This document shows, piece after piece, positions 25,670-34,345 of a stretch of 38,818 nucleotides of DNA (the stretch's first letter is position 1; each line of letters starts with the position of its first letter). The position numbers and the translations under genes were made by a program. The notes under the pieces were generated by a model that saw only the letters and a list, made by a program, of their open reading frames with translations, was not told the origin of the DNA and did not search any database. This DNA is from a virus: the IMG/VR virus record IMGVR_UViG_3300045988_111050, positions 1 to 38,818 of that record; one strand, 5' to 3'.

Positions 25670-26004
25670 GGTTACAAGGTTACATCACTTTTCAAAAAAC
25701 ATATTTTATAAAAAACAAGAATGCTGTTATATCAACGTTTATAGCACTTGCTATTTTTACTTATTAAATATTTTATATAAATGATGTAACCATACTAATA
25801 GACACCTCAAGAACTCAATAGTATCAAGGCTTTAGGACGGTTACATCACTTTTTTGAAATTTTTATCAAAAACAGCACTCAAACCCTTGATACAACTGGT
25901 TTTTCTTGCGGTTACATCAATGATGTAACCTGATGTAACCGAAGCGTGATTTTTGACCATTTTTGGCCTAAAAGGTTACATCATTTTCACTGAGGTTACA
26001 TCAC
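25670..26004. repeat. Origin-of-replication-like iteron field: 8 full copies of GGTTACATCA(C) in both orientations plus one partial copy
   Basis: Direct copies at 25678, 25839, 25910, 25974 and 25994. Inverted copies at 25782, 25921 and 25931. Partial copy at 25670. A 21-bp perfect palindrome spans 25910..25930. AT-rich flanks. Abuts the helicase gene. Confidence 0.8.
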
Positions 26005-27396
26005 TTCTGTTTGTATATTTTTTCTAAAATATGCACGCATCGTTTTGCCTCTAACCTTTTTAACCTTGTATTCCCAGTCCTGATTATTATCCATAATCAA
26101 CTTGATTTTCCTAGCTATCTTTTCACCTCTCGCACTATCAATATCAAAGACATTCTTTAGTATTTGTTTAGCAGACACGCTTGATTGAAGTTTTACACCT
26201 TCATAAAGCAAACCAGCCTCATTGCGATAGCTGCCATCATTAAAGTAAGCCCAGGTATATTGATGCTGCTGAGTGACTGAGAAATCTTCCCATTCTTCTG
26301 GGACCAGCATTTCAAGGTAATCATAGACCTGCGATTCGGCTTCATCTTTATAAGTGAAGCGTTCCTTGTAAACTGCAAGCTCATTCTCAAAATCATCCTC
26401 AAAGGTAAGCGTAAAGCCTTTTTTGTAGATGGCCACTGCTTCGCCCCAAAGTTGAAGCACGTCATGATCAGTCATATCAAAGGGTTTGACAAATTGCTGG
26501 CCTGCATCCACCAGCACAGGCAGAAAGCGCCGTTCTCCAGTCTTATCGCCCAGGTATTCAATTTTATTACTGGTTCTAGCGATAACAAAGTTTTTAGGAA
26601 ATTTCTCGGCCCTGCGACCGTACGACCTACGAAAAGAAAGTTCTGTTTTGGTTACGAAGGCTTTAAGCTCGTCAAAAGTTGTTTTCCTGGAAGCAACCAT
26701 CTCGTCGTCGTTGACAATCAGTGATTTCAGCATAATCTCATAGTTATCCTTATCCATAAAATCCTTAGCTGAATCTGTATACCAATCGACGGCTATTTTT
26801 TGCAAGAAAGTAGTCTTTCCGGCCCCCTGGCCACCGACAAGATCAAGTGTGTAGTCGAATTTGACCCAGGGATTAAAAACCTTAGAGACTGCACCAACAA
26901 AGAACATGACGGCTATTTTCTGGACATAGATACTGTCTTCTGCACCCAACCAAGTTTGAAACACCTGGGCAAGTCGTTCTTTATGATCCCATGACTCATA
27001 AGCATTTTCCATGTATTCTTTAACCGGATTGTAGGTTTTTTCTGCAAAGAATGCTTCGATGCCATCCCTTAATGCTCCAGCCTTGAAAACTGTTTTGAAG
27101 TGATTTTCTAAGTAAACGCTCAAATAGGATTCAAAGGCAGAAGGCAGCTGGCCCTTCCTCAACTGAATAGCATCCAGTTTTACGTCCTCCACAATTTCGT
27201 GTTCTCCCGTAAACTCATTGTGTCGGAGAAAATCATTGAGCTTACTGTCGCTTTTCATGGCAAGTAGTACATTTCTGGGGCTGTCAGCCACAATAGATTC
27301 GATTTCAATCTGTTCACCTTCGTCATTCAAAATTTTCTTTTTTCGACGCGAAAACTGCTTGATTGAAATGTTCACGACATCACCTATTATGGTCAC
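25996..27396 (-). CDS. Replicative helicase/primase-associated P-loop protein (VirE / D5-like)
   Basis: Walker A GGQGAGKTTF and Walker B-like LIVNDDE. 466 aa. GTGA overlap with the PrimPol gene. Confidence 0.8.
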   Translation of the reverse strand: MTIIGDVVNISIKQFSRRKKKILNDEGEQIEIESIVADSPRNVLLAMKSDSKLNDFLRHNEFTGEHEIVEDVKLDAIQLRKGQLPSAFESYLSVYLENHFKTVFKAGALRDGIEAFFAEKTYNPVKEYMENAYESWDHKERLAQVFQTWLGAEDSIYVQKIAVMFFVGAVSKVFNPWVKFDYTLDLVGGQGAGKTTFLQKIAVDWYTDSAKDFMDKDNYEIMLKSLIVNDDEMVASRKTTFDELKAFVTKTELSFRRSYGRRAEKFPKNFVIARTSNKIEYLGDKTGERRFLPVLVDAGQQFVKPFDMTDHDVLQLWGEAVAIYKKGFTLTFEDDFENELAVYKERFTYKDEAESQVYDYLEMLVPEEWEDFSVTQQHQYTWAYFNDGSYRNEAGLLYEGVKLQSSVSAKQILKNVFDIDSARGEKIARKIKLIMDNNQDWEYKVKKVRGKTMRAYFRKNIQTEVM

Positions 27397-28208
27397 CCCC
27401 CCCTCATATGTTTCTTGATCATGGATTCAACAGTCCTGCTTAATTCTTTGTGACTAAGAGGCTCTACCGAGTTATTATTGGCTGTTTCTGCTAGCTGCAG
27501 TATACAGTTCGGATCTACCGACCTGCTCAAGAGTCCACCTACAAATTTCGCAAGCGTGTCATTTCTGCTACCTTCATCACCGAACCCCAGGACTACCATT
27601 TCAAATAGTTCAGTCGTCCTATTTCGCTTACCAGCACCTTTGCTGATTTGATAGTAAATATTATCCAGGTCGCTACCAGAGTTCTTTCGGTTGTATTCCT
27701 TCTTAATGGCCATAACTAACTTTCGGCTAGCAGTAACCATAGTGCCACCCTCTTTAGATTTTTCTAAATCCCAGGCATACTCACCTTTTGGAGTTTTAGA
27801 TGGGGCAACTAAAACATAGTTGTTTGGATGAGCCTTAACATCAACGCCAGGCAGAAAGGCTATCATTTGCGTCATGGTCACATCTGGATGCTTAAAGTAA
27901 AAGATATGTTTGCCACCGCTGGCAGTTCTTGCCTGCAGTGTTGGAGTTATCAAGTTCAGATGTTCCCAATTGGCCAAGCTCTCATATCCGTTATGCTTAC
28001 CATGCAAGTCAATATCGATTACGAAGAATTTGTCAGTCCGGACAGCAATATTGCTATCCGGATACTGATTCCAGTAATTTTCAATTTCCTGAGCAGTCAT
28101 AGCTGGCTTATCAGCAAACTTGATCGCTGGCTGCTTTCCGTTAGGCACGATGGGAATTACGGAAAAACCAGCTTTTTGATATTTAAGGGCATATTCTTTC
28201 ATTCCCAT
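27393..28208 (-). CDS. Bifunctional DNA primase/polymerase (PrimPol) N-terminal domain protein
   Basis: YQKAGFSVIPI...GKQP and FVIDIDLHG motifs typical of the Prim-Pol domain. Lies upstream of the helicase. Confidence 0.75.
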   Translation of the reverse strand: MGMKEYALKYQKAGFSVIPIVPNGKQPAIKFADKPAMTAQEIENYWNQYPDSNIAVRTDKFFVIDIDLHGKHNGYESLANWEHLNLITPTLQARTASGGKHIFYFKHPDVTMTQMIAFLPGVDVKAHPNNYVLVAPSKTPKGEYAWDLEKSKEGGTMVTASRKLVMAIKKEYNRKNSGSDLDNIYYQISKGAGKRNRTTELFEMVVLGFGDEGSRNDTLAKFVGGLLSRSVDPNCILQLAETANNNSVEPLSHKELSRTVESMIKKHMRGG

Positions 28209-28219
28209 TTAGTAACTCC

Positions 28220-28612
28220 TTAGAATGGCAAATCGTCATCTTGGATATCCATTGGGTTGCTATTTCCAAATGGTTTTCCTGAGTTTTGTTGGTTACGGCT
28301 TTCCAGAAGCTGGAAGTTGTCTGCAACGACTTCTGTGACATAGACACGCTGGCCTTGCTGATTGTCGTAGTTACGAGTCTGAATGCGACCAGTAATTCCG
28401 ATTAGAGCGCCTTTTTTGGCCCAATTAGCAAGGTTTTCTGCCTGTTGATTCCAGATAACACAGTTGATAAAGTCCGCTTCACGCTCACCACTTTGATTTT
28501 TAAAGTTGCGATTCACAGCCAGAGTAAAGGTTGCGACCGCTTGGCTTTGCGGTGTATAGCGAAGTTCAGCATCACGGGTCATACGCCCGACAAGTACAAC
28601 ATTATTGATCAT
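28220..28612 (-). CDS. ssb: Single-stranded DNA-binding protein
   Basis: [22 protein letters not shown]-fold start and acidic tail DIQDDDLPF. Confidence 0.95.
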   Translation of the reverse strand: MINNVVLVGRMTRDAELRYTPQSQAVATFTLAVNRNFKNQSGEREADFINCVIWNQQAENLANWAKKGALIGITGRIQTRNYDNQQGQRVYVTEVVADNFQLLESRNQQNSGKPFGNSNPMDIQDDDLPF

Positions 28613-29299
28613 TTATTCAATTCCTTTTGCTTTTTTTGTTTTTGCGATTAATTCTTGAGCTTCTGCCAATCTATCAGCTGGTATAAGCTCAATCTTTTCT
28701 ACGCCAAGCTGACCAATGAACCATACTCCAACCGTATTAACTGGACCGCCTGAAGCCTCCGCAATGTTTTTGATGTCTTCACGCAGCTTCTTCGCCTGAG
28801 CCCCTGTGATGTACTTAACATTACCAGATGCTCTCTGATTCTGTTTCTGATTTGATGCAGGTTTGCTTTGAGCTGGTTTTTGAGCTGGTGCTTGCTTTCC
28901 AGTTTGGCTTGCATATTCATCAGTATCAGGATCCTTGTTGTCATCGATAGCAAATAGTCCGTTCAAAGCATATTTTCTAGCATAACTCGAAGCTGTCCCT
29001 GTGATCTGACTGCCGTCCATCCCTTTTTTGGTTTCCTCTTCACGCGCTGATGCTTTGGCTCCAATAGCCTCACCTTCAGCAAAAAGTGTAACAGATGCCT
29101 CAACATAATGCCGCCCCTCGATGTAAACAATCTCGTCGCTCAAGGTAATTGCTGCATTATGCTTTTTTAAAATCGGCTTTAGAGCCTCTAGAATGTCCTC
29201 TGCGCTCCGGTAATTATATTTTCCAAAGGAGTTATACTGTCCCTTTGGAGCAACCAATTCACTTTGAATCGCTTGCAATACTCCAAATATTTTTCCCAT
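28613..29299 (-). CDS. ERF-family single-strand annealing recombinase
   Basis: Motifs GKYNYRSAEDILEALKPIL and GSQITGTASSYARKYALNGLFAIDD. Lies adjacent to ssb. Confidence 0.85.
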   Translation of the reverse strand: MGKIFGVLQAIQSELVAPKGQYNSFGKYNYRSAEDILEALKPILKKHNAAITLSDEIVYIEGRHYVEASVTLFAEGEAIGAKASAREEETKKGMDGSQITGTASSYARKYALNGLFAIDDNKDPDTDEYASQTGKQAPAQKPAQSKPASNQKQNQRASGNVKYITGAQAKKLREDIKNIAEASGGPVNTVGVWFIGQLGVEKIELIPADRLAEAQELIAKTKKAKGIE

Positions 29300-29308
29300 T
29301 GCGACTCC

Positions 29309-29626
29309 TTAATCAACTAAAAAATCCAATAACTTTTTAAGAGCTAATCCAGGTTGTTCCTCGGTTTTTATCTCCCGGATATCGCTGCCATTTGGATAGG
29401 TCAATTTATATTCTGCTTCAACCGCGACAATTTCACAGTCAAAAGCTGCAGCAAGGGCCTTGTAAGTCTTTTTGTTTTCTTCGTATTTCTTACGAGGGAC
29501 CTTTAAACAATGTTCCAGGCAGCAATAGTCAGTTTCAAATGCCAAAGTACCTCTGTCCTTATATGACTTAAGATAGGCATCTTTTACACGGCTGCGGAAT
29601 ACAATCATTTCAGTTTTTTTGTTCAT
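29309..29626 (-). CDS. Hypothetical protein (105 aa)
   Basis: ORF lies in the operon array. No motif recognised. Confidence 0.55.
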   Translation of the reverse strand: MNKKTEMIVFRSRVKDAYLKSYKDRGTLAFETDYCCLEHCLKVPRKKYEENKKTYKALAAAFDCEIVAVEAEYKLTYPNGSDIREIKTEEQPGLALKKLLDFLVD

Positions 29627-29639
29627 TTTTTGTTTCTCC

Positions 29640-30824
29640 TTAAAAATAAAATTCTACGACTCTAACATCGTGTTGTTGACGGCTACCAGTGATTCGCCAA
29701 AGCAATTGCCGGTAGTCATCGTAGTCTCCATCAGACGGACTGACAGGATCCAGAACCACAATAGTTTTAAATTTATGTTGAAGGCCATCAACTCCAACAC
29801 CCAAAACCTGGCTAGTAGCGACCATATTAGGCTTATCATGCCCTTCTTTCTTGTCACCCGTCCAGATACCGATTTCAGGGTGTCGCTCGTATATAACCTC
29901 GACAATCTGCTTGGATTTGCTAACTATCAACATTTCTGTCTTACTTGCCAGCATAAGATCCAACGTGAGCAGCATAGGAGTGTCTGCGTTGACAGCCTTG
30001 AGTTTCGGGAAGTCAATTTCAAAGCCTGTCTGGATCAAATACCGTTCAAAAGTCTTTCGGCCAAATGTCTGTTTGGCCATGGCGTACTTGCCATCTTTCC
30101 CAACAATATTCAACTTCCTAAATTGTTCCAATTCTTTCGGATTAGCAATTAGGCACCAGACTGGCTCAAAGATAACCTCAAATCCGTTGTTTTCCTCAGC
30201 CTCTTCAATAGCTTCAACTTCTTCCCAGCGGAAAAAGTTTGGCAGATTGGCCACGTAGGTTTCATAGTCTCGGAAGTCATCCCATTCTTGCTTAGAATAG
30301 CTAAATTTGGAATATTTCATCTTCCCATGGGCTAGTTGCCAGTTTTCCTTTTGGTTTGGTTCGGCCGTTCCAAAAAATGTCTTTTCAAGCGGATAGAAGT
30401 TTTGCCCCTTCTTCCTGATGGGTGTTGCTGACAAGCCTACAGTATAGCTGCGTTTGACCTTGCGATAAGCTTTCACATTGGCATCACTAGACATATTCTG
30501 CCACTCGTCAATAATGAACACATCGCACTCAATAGACTCTCCGCTTGCAAGTTTGTTCTGCAATCTGCGGTCTGTCATAGTCTCTAATTCAAAATCAGTG
30601 TTGTAGCCTAATTTTTGATAAGTGCTGTTCCATCCGTTCAGGATGGCTAGTCGATTATTGATAACTAGGACTTTTTTGGCTCCCTTGTGCTTTGCGATTT
30701 CAAAAGCGCAGATAGTTTTACCACGGCCTCCGTATGCCTCAAGGAAAATACCAGGGCAGTCGCGATCGCTACGTTTGACCGCTTCAGCTTGCCATTTGCG
30801 TAATTCGATTGCCAATGTCCACAA
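29640..30824 (-). CDS. SF2 (DEAD/ResIII-like) helicase
   Basis: Walker A GGRGKT, motif II IIDEWQ, motif III SAT. TTG start near AGGAGG. Confidence 0.8.
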   Translation of the reverse strand: MWTLAIELRKWQAEAVKRSDRDCPGIFLEAYGGRGKTICAFEIAKHKGAKKVLVINNRLAILNGWNSTYQKLGYNTDFELETMTDRRLQNKLASGESIECDVFIIDEWQNMSSDANVKAYRKVKRSYTVGLSATPIRKKGQNFYPLEKTFFGTAEPNQKENWQLAHGKMKYSKFSYSKQEWDDFRDYETYVANLPNFFRWEEVEAIEEAEENNGFEVIFEPVWCLIANPKELEQFRKLNIVGKDGKYAMAKQTFGRKTFERYLIQTGFEIDFPKLKAVNADTPMLLTLDLMLASKTEMLIVSKSKQIVEVIYERHPEIGIWTGDKKEGHDKPNMVATSQVLGVGVDGLQHKFKTIVVLDPVSPSDGDYDDYRQLLWRITGSRQQHDVRVVEFYF

Positions 30825-31248
30825 TCACCTCCTCGATGTCATTCCGTTGGGCATAAAATAGCCCAAGCCTTGCAGCTGCCCTCATATCATTGTGGTGGCT
30901 TTTTTCAAAGGACCATAACCCAAGAGCTTTCAACAAGTCATTTGGTATATCTGTCTGATACCCTGCATTACGTTGTAGGACCAAGTCCGGATAGCATAGT
31001 TCAATGGCCGCAATGGTCTCGACTACTGAGTTGTCTCTGGAATAATCATTGTCCCTGACCTCAAATTTTTCAACGACCACTATATCAAACTCGAGACTCC
31101 GACCAGTTGACTTGAACCAGTTTTTGAAGTTCTGTGCGCCAAAAGGAAGTACCCAGCTATCGACCAAACCAGCATTGTCCAGCAGGACAATTCCTGTTGT
31201 ACTAGTTTCAATTCGATTGCTTGACGGATCAATTGCTAGAATTCTCAT
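30784..31248 (-). CDS. RuvC-like Holliday junction resolvase
   Basis: N-terminal MRILAIDPS (catalytic Asp context) and VVVEKFE. 154 aa. ATGA overlap with the upstream gene. Confidence 0.65.
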   Translation of the reverse strand: MRILAIDPSSNRIETSTTGIVLLDNAGLVDSWVLPFGAQNFKNWFKSTGRSLEFDIVVVEKFEVRDNDYSRDNSVVETIAAIELCYPDLVLQRNAGYQTDIPNDLLKALGLWSFEKSHHNDMRAAARLGLFYAQRNDIEEVIVDIGNRITQMAS

Positions 31249-31727
31249 TTGATCACCAGCTTTTCTGTCCGGACAAGTTCCGCCCCTTTAACTTTCTTGC
31301 CAGATTTCAGCAACTCTTTGAGAGTCTTTTTATCCGGCGCAAGTGTCACTTTTTTTGTAAAATATTTTTTCGGGAGATCGTCTTCGTTGACCTTGACTGA
31401 TTCTGGATTCTTAGCGACTTTTATAGTAAGAGCACCGCTCTTAACTTCGGTTTGACCCGTGACATTCATAGCCGCTATAATGTTATCTTTGACATAATCC
31501 AGCTTTTTCTGTGCTGCCTGTTTCTTGGCTTTGAAGCTATCTTCCTCAGCCTTGTACATGGCCACGTCTGCTTCTAGATTCTTGATAACGTGGGCATATC
31601 CTTCCGCTTTCTGTTCGAATTGTTCTTGCCAATCGATAGCCTCAAGCGTGTCCGCTTTTGTTTCGTCATCAATATCCATCTGGTAAATTGCCAGGAATTG
31701 GCCTGTCAGCTCGTATAAACTAGCCAT
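31245..31727 (-). CDS. Siphovirus Gp157-like protein
   Basis: N-terminus MASLYELTGQFLAIYQM and coiled-coil KAEEDSFKAKK, typical of the Gp157 family of streptococcal phages. Confidence 0.7.
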   Translation of the reverse strand: MASLYELTGQFLAIYQMDIDDETKADTLEAIDWQEQFEQKAEGYAHVIKNLEADVAMYKAEEDSFKAKKQAAQKKLDYVKDNIIAAMNVTGQTEVKSGALTIKVAKNPESVKVNEDDLPKKYFTKKVTLAPDKKTLKELLKSGKKVKGAELVRTEKLVIK

Positions 31728-32493
31728 TCTTTTCTACCTCTCTAATTTTGTTTGTAAGTTTTGTTAGTCCAATACCAGATTTAGTCAAATCAGCGTCGGA
31801 CGTAAATAGATGATTTTGGTTCATTCTCGCAACTTCATTTTTTGATAGACAAGCCAGATTTGTAATATCATAGTTTGATCTATCTCCATCTAAAAATATG
31901 ATCGAATGCCCCCTTGGAATTGGTCCGTTGTGCTCAATCCAAGTCTTTCTGTGTAGTAATTCCCAGACGTTTGGATCAGCTACTTTGATTTTCGGATAGC
32001 CGTCTGTCGTTTGAGCAATGGTTCCTACCGGAACATAGTTCGGAGGTTTACTCCCCTTCTTAAACTGGCCGCTATTCTTAGGCATATTCGGAAATTTCTT
32101 CCCTTTGTTAGCTGGTGTATGTCCTTTTTCAAACTGGCCAGTTAAGCCGCTATTTAAACGATTGTTTCTTCGATAATTCTTGACTTGCTTGCTGGTTAAT
32201 GACAAACCAAATTTTTTATTCATTTCATTCGCAAATGCTTGCGCAGTTTTCCCAGCGTAATTTTTCAAGAAATAGTCATGCTGCTCGCTTGTCAGGATTC
32301 TCTTTTGGAATACTTTCCCTACCAGCAAGCCTAGACGCTTACGTACTCCGCCGATTTGCGAAGATGTGTAATTGGTTCCAAACTTTTCATTTAGCAGTTT
32401 TGTTACTTCAGGAGTCAGCCGCCCTGGACAAATCTCCTGCATATAATCAGTATATTCATTCTTCCAGCAAAGCGATCGGGGCATTGACATCAC
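31720..32493 (-). CDS. HNH homing-type endonuclease with N-terminal DNA-binding repeats
   Basis: C-terminal motif HNGPIPRGHSIIFLDGDRSNYDITNLACLSKNE. The start is ambiguous (GTG 32493, ATG 32490 or 32484). Confidence 0.75.
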   Translation of the reverse strand: MMSMPRSLCWKNEYTDYMQEICPGRLTPEVTKLLNEKFGTNYTSSQIGGVRKRLGLLVGKVFQKRILTSEQHDYFLKNYAGKTAQAFANEMNKKFGLSLTSKQVKNYRRNNRLNSGLTGQFEKGHTPANKGKKFPNMPKNSGQFKKGSKPPNYVPVGTIAQTTDGYPKIKVADPNVWELLHRKTWIEHNGPIPRGHSIIFLDGDRSNYDITNLACLSKNEVARMNQNHLFTSDADLTKSGIGLTKLTNKIREVEKNG

Positions 32494-32686
32494 CTACCTT
32501 ATCTTTAAATCTCTCAGCATCCAAGGCCAGTTGGCCAGCCTGCAAGATTTGGCCAGAAATTGCAACCATCTGCTTTGAGCGCTGGAGCTCTACTTTTAAC
32601 TCTTCTTCAGTGAGATCTCTGTCATCCAAAGTCTCCAGTTGAGCAAAGAGCGTGTTGGTTAAATCCGATAATTTATTTCTAACCAC
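32456..32686 (-). CDS. Hypothetical protein (76 aa)
   Basis: ORF lies in a tight array. No motif recognised. Confidence 0.5.
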   Translation of the reverse strand: MVRNKLSDLTNTLFAQLETLDDRDLTEEELKVELQRSKQMVAISGQILQAGQLALDAERFKDKVGDVNAPIALLEE

Positions 32687-33027
32687 TACTTCGTTACCTC
32701 TTTCATCAGTTTATTAGCTTCTTTGACCAGCAATCTCATCGTATTGCTGTCCGTTTCTTTTTCAGCAGCTCTGGTCAGCATCTCTACCGACTCTCGTCTG
32801 GTATCGTTCTTCCAATCCACCAAGTCAGCAAGTGCCTCTGATGCTCCAAAATGAGCCGAATAGTCCAACGATTTGTCTTCCAGGCGGACACATCTGCCTG
32901 CTTTGACATCTTTGGATACAGTCGCCCTGACATTTACATTTGTTGTTTTGACAGCTTCTGCCACCTCATCATAGCTGGCAGCGGGATATTCTTTATAATA
33001 TTCCCTGATGCGTTCCGCCTGTGTCAT
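32686..33027 (-). CDS. Hypothetical protein (113 aa)
   Basis: ORF lies in a tight array. No motif recognised. Confidence 0.55.
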   Translation of the reverse strand: MTQAERIREYYKEYPAASYDEVAEAVKTTNVNVRATVSKDVKAGRCVRLEDKSLDYSAHFGASEALADLVDWKNDTRRESVEMLTRAAEKETDSNTMRLLVKEANKLMKEVTK

Positions 33028-33028
33028 A

Positions 33029-33265
33029 TCATCGCACTCCTTTCACCGTGAATGACTGATTATCGTGCTTGCGAGCTTCAGCCATTCTTTGATTTTGCTC
33101 AATCATGTATTCATTTTGAGCCCAAAGCACATATCTAGCGTACAAGTCTATTTCTGCTTCTTTTTCAGCTTCTAGTCGCTTTTCTTTTAAGTCGATATGA
33201 CTAGCCCATAAAGCTCCCAGAAGCAAGCTGGAAACAAAGCAAACCGCTCCTATAACTTCACCCAT
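33029..33265 (-). CDS. Early membrane protein (78 aa; N-terminal TM plus helix)
   Basis: TM segment VIGAVCFVSSLLLGALWA. Confidence 0.55.
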   Translation of the reverse strand: MGEVIGAVCFVSSLLLGALWASHIDLKEKRLEAEKEAEIDLYARYVLWAQNEYMIEQNQRMAEARKHDNQSFTVKGVR

Positions 33266-33269
33266 TTTT

Positions 33270-33551
33270 TCACCCTCCCGGAAAATTTAAATCACCTGTC
33301 ATCTTATAGTGCTGAAACTCATAGTACATTTGGTTGAATTTATTGACCATTATGTCCTGCCGTTTGTTAGTATCAGCCTGTACGCGAATACTGTCGCGAT
33401 TGTCCTTGATTTGCTTCTGCAGCTCGTAGATTTGCTGATTCTGTTTGTCAATCGTCTGCACACCAGCGACGACCAGCAGCACGATTGCAACGACTTGCAA
33501 GATGGTCAATCTTTTAAGGTCTTTCAGACTCATCTGTTCCTCCTTATCCAA
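33270..33551 (-). CDS. Early membrane protein (93 aa; TM plus coiled coil)
   Basis: TM segment LTILQVVAIVLLVVAGV. Confidence 0.55.
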   Translation of the reverse strand: MDKEEQMSLKDLKRLTILQVVAIVLLVVAGVQTIDKQNQQIYELQKQIKDNRDSIRVQADTNKRQDIMVNKFNQMYYEFQHYKMTGDLNFPGG

Positions 33552-33858
33552 CTAACGCCCGCTCTTCAAATTTGATGTTTTTCAACATCTCGTCGAGCGT
33601 CTCTTTCTTGCTTCTGTACCTATTGCGGGATTTCCATTTGACAAATAAACGAAATCCCTCGTAATTGATAAAGACAATCTTGTGTGTTGGGTTGTCTATG
33701 TACCTTCTAAAGTCTGGGTGTTCTCTCATTTCTTTTGCCCAAACTTTAGCCGTGCTGGGTTTTAAACCCTCCCAAATTTGGCAAAGATGCTCATAGTCAC
33801 CAGCCTCTGCTTTTTCGGATTGATTAGCAGGCCTGTAGACTAATTCCGCTTTTGGCAT
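33544..33858 (-). CDS. Hypothetical early protein (104 aa; excisionase/antirepressor-type position, function unassigned)
   Basis: ORF with a GAGAGG RBS. It is the first gene after the second HTH gene. Confidence 0.55.
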   Translation of the reverse strand: MPKAELVYRPANQSEKAEAGDYEHLCQIWEGLKPSTAKVWAKEMREHPDFRRYIDNPTHKIVFINYEGFRLFVKWKSRNRYRSKKETLDEMLKNIKFEERALVG

Positions 33859-33877
33859 GGCATTTCCTCTCTTTCTG

Positions 33878-33940
33878 TGATATAATTCAGTTAATTATTT
33901 TAGTAAGCGCCTGACTTCTGTTAGGTGCTTTTTTGTTTTA
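33878..33940 (+). ncRNA. Candidate cis-antisense sRNA unit B (TGaTATAAT, ATTTTAG, strong plus-strand-specific terminator, GCTTTTTTGTTTTA)
   Basis: Extended -10 at 33878-33886. Stem 33906-33915/33920-33929 (10 bp, 2 G-U that become C-A on the minus strand). T-run 33929-33934. Confidence 0.45.
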
Positions 33941-34126
33941 TCTTAGTTCATCTATGCTGATTTCTAACGCATCAGCAATTTTCTTAACAGTATCAAAATA
34001 TAAATCTTTCACCTCTCCATCTCTTAAACGATAGATTCCAGCTGGTCCGATACCTGCTTTTAAACAAAGCTTATAAACTGTCCAATTTTTCTCTGAAAGT
34101 TTTTCGGATATTTTTTCCCAAAGCAT
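33938..34126 (-). CDS. XRE-family HTH protein (62 aa)
   Basis: HTH motif WTVYKLCLKAGIGPAGIYRLRDG with C-terminal ADALEISIDEL. AAGGAG RBS. Confidence 0.75.
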   Translation of the reverse strand: MLWEKISEKLSEKNWTVYKLCLKAGIGPAGIYRLRDGEVKDLYFDTVKKIADALEISIDELR

Positions 34127-34165
34127 AGCCGTTTTCTCCTTAATAATTTGATGAAAGTGGGGTAC

Positions 34166-34288
34166 TTACTCTGCTTTTTTTAAAATTTTCAAAATCATTG
34201 AAAGACCACTAACTACTCCAGCTAGATACCCTCGCCCATAGTCTGTCATTAAGAATTTCAATAATTCAATTGCTTCTTCTTCAGTCAT
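34166..34288 (-). CDS. Possible small protein (40 aa), not in the ORF track
   Basis: GGGGGTGAAATATATG start. Translation MTEEEAIELLKFLMTDYGRGYLAGVVSGLSMILKILKKAE. Confidence 0.35.
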   Translation of the reverse strand: MTEEEAIELLKFLMTDYGRGYLAGVVSGLSMILKILKKAE

Positions 34289-34310
34289 ATATTTCACCCC
34301 CTTTCAAATA

Positions 34311-34319
34311 TGGTATAAT
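34311..34319 (+). promoter_or_regulatory. Extended -10 promoter element TGgTATAAT for the 219-aa gene
   Basis: Read directly. It lies 27 nt upstream of the ATG at 34346, with a GGAG RBS in between. Confidence 0.6.
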
Positions 34320-34345
34320 CAAAATAAAAACGATCGGAGAAAAAC

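Noticed and set aside
25670-26004. Possible CRISPR array
   Set aside because: The repeats are only 10-11 bp, occur in both orientations and have irregular spacing. There are no cas genes, and the pattern fits origin iterons.
26193-26465. Same-strand alternative-frame ORFs inside replication genes (26193..26465, 28699..28953, 29654..29905, 21520..21708, 22989..23216)
   Set aside because: They are embedded in out-of-frame positions within genes that carry clear family motifs. They have no RBSs.
29619-30258. Plus-strand ORFs of 177 aa and 135 aa inside the SF2 helicase gene
   Set aside because: They are antisense to a gene with Walker A, DEWQ and SAT helicase motifs. They have no translation signals.
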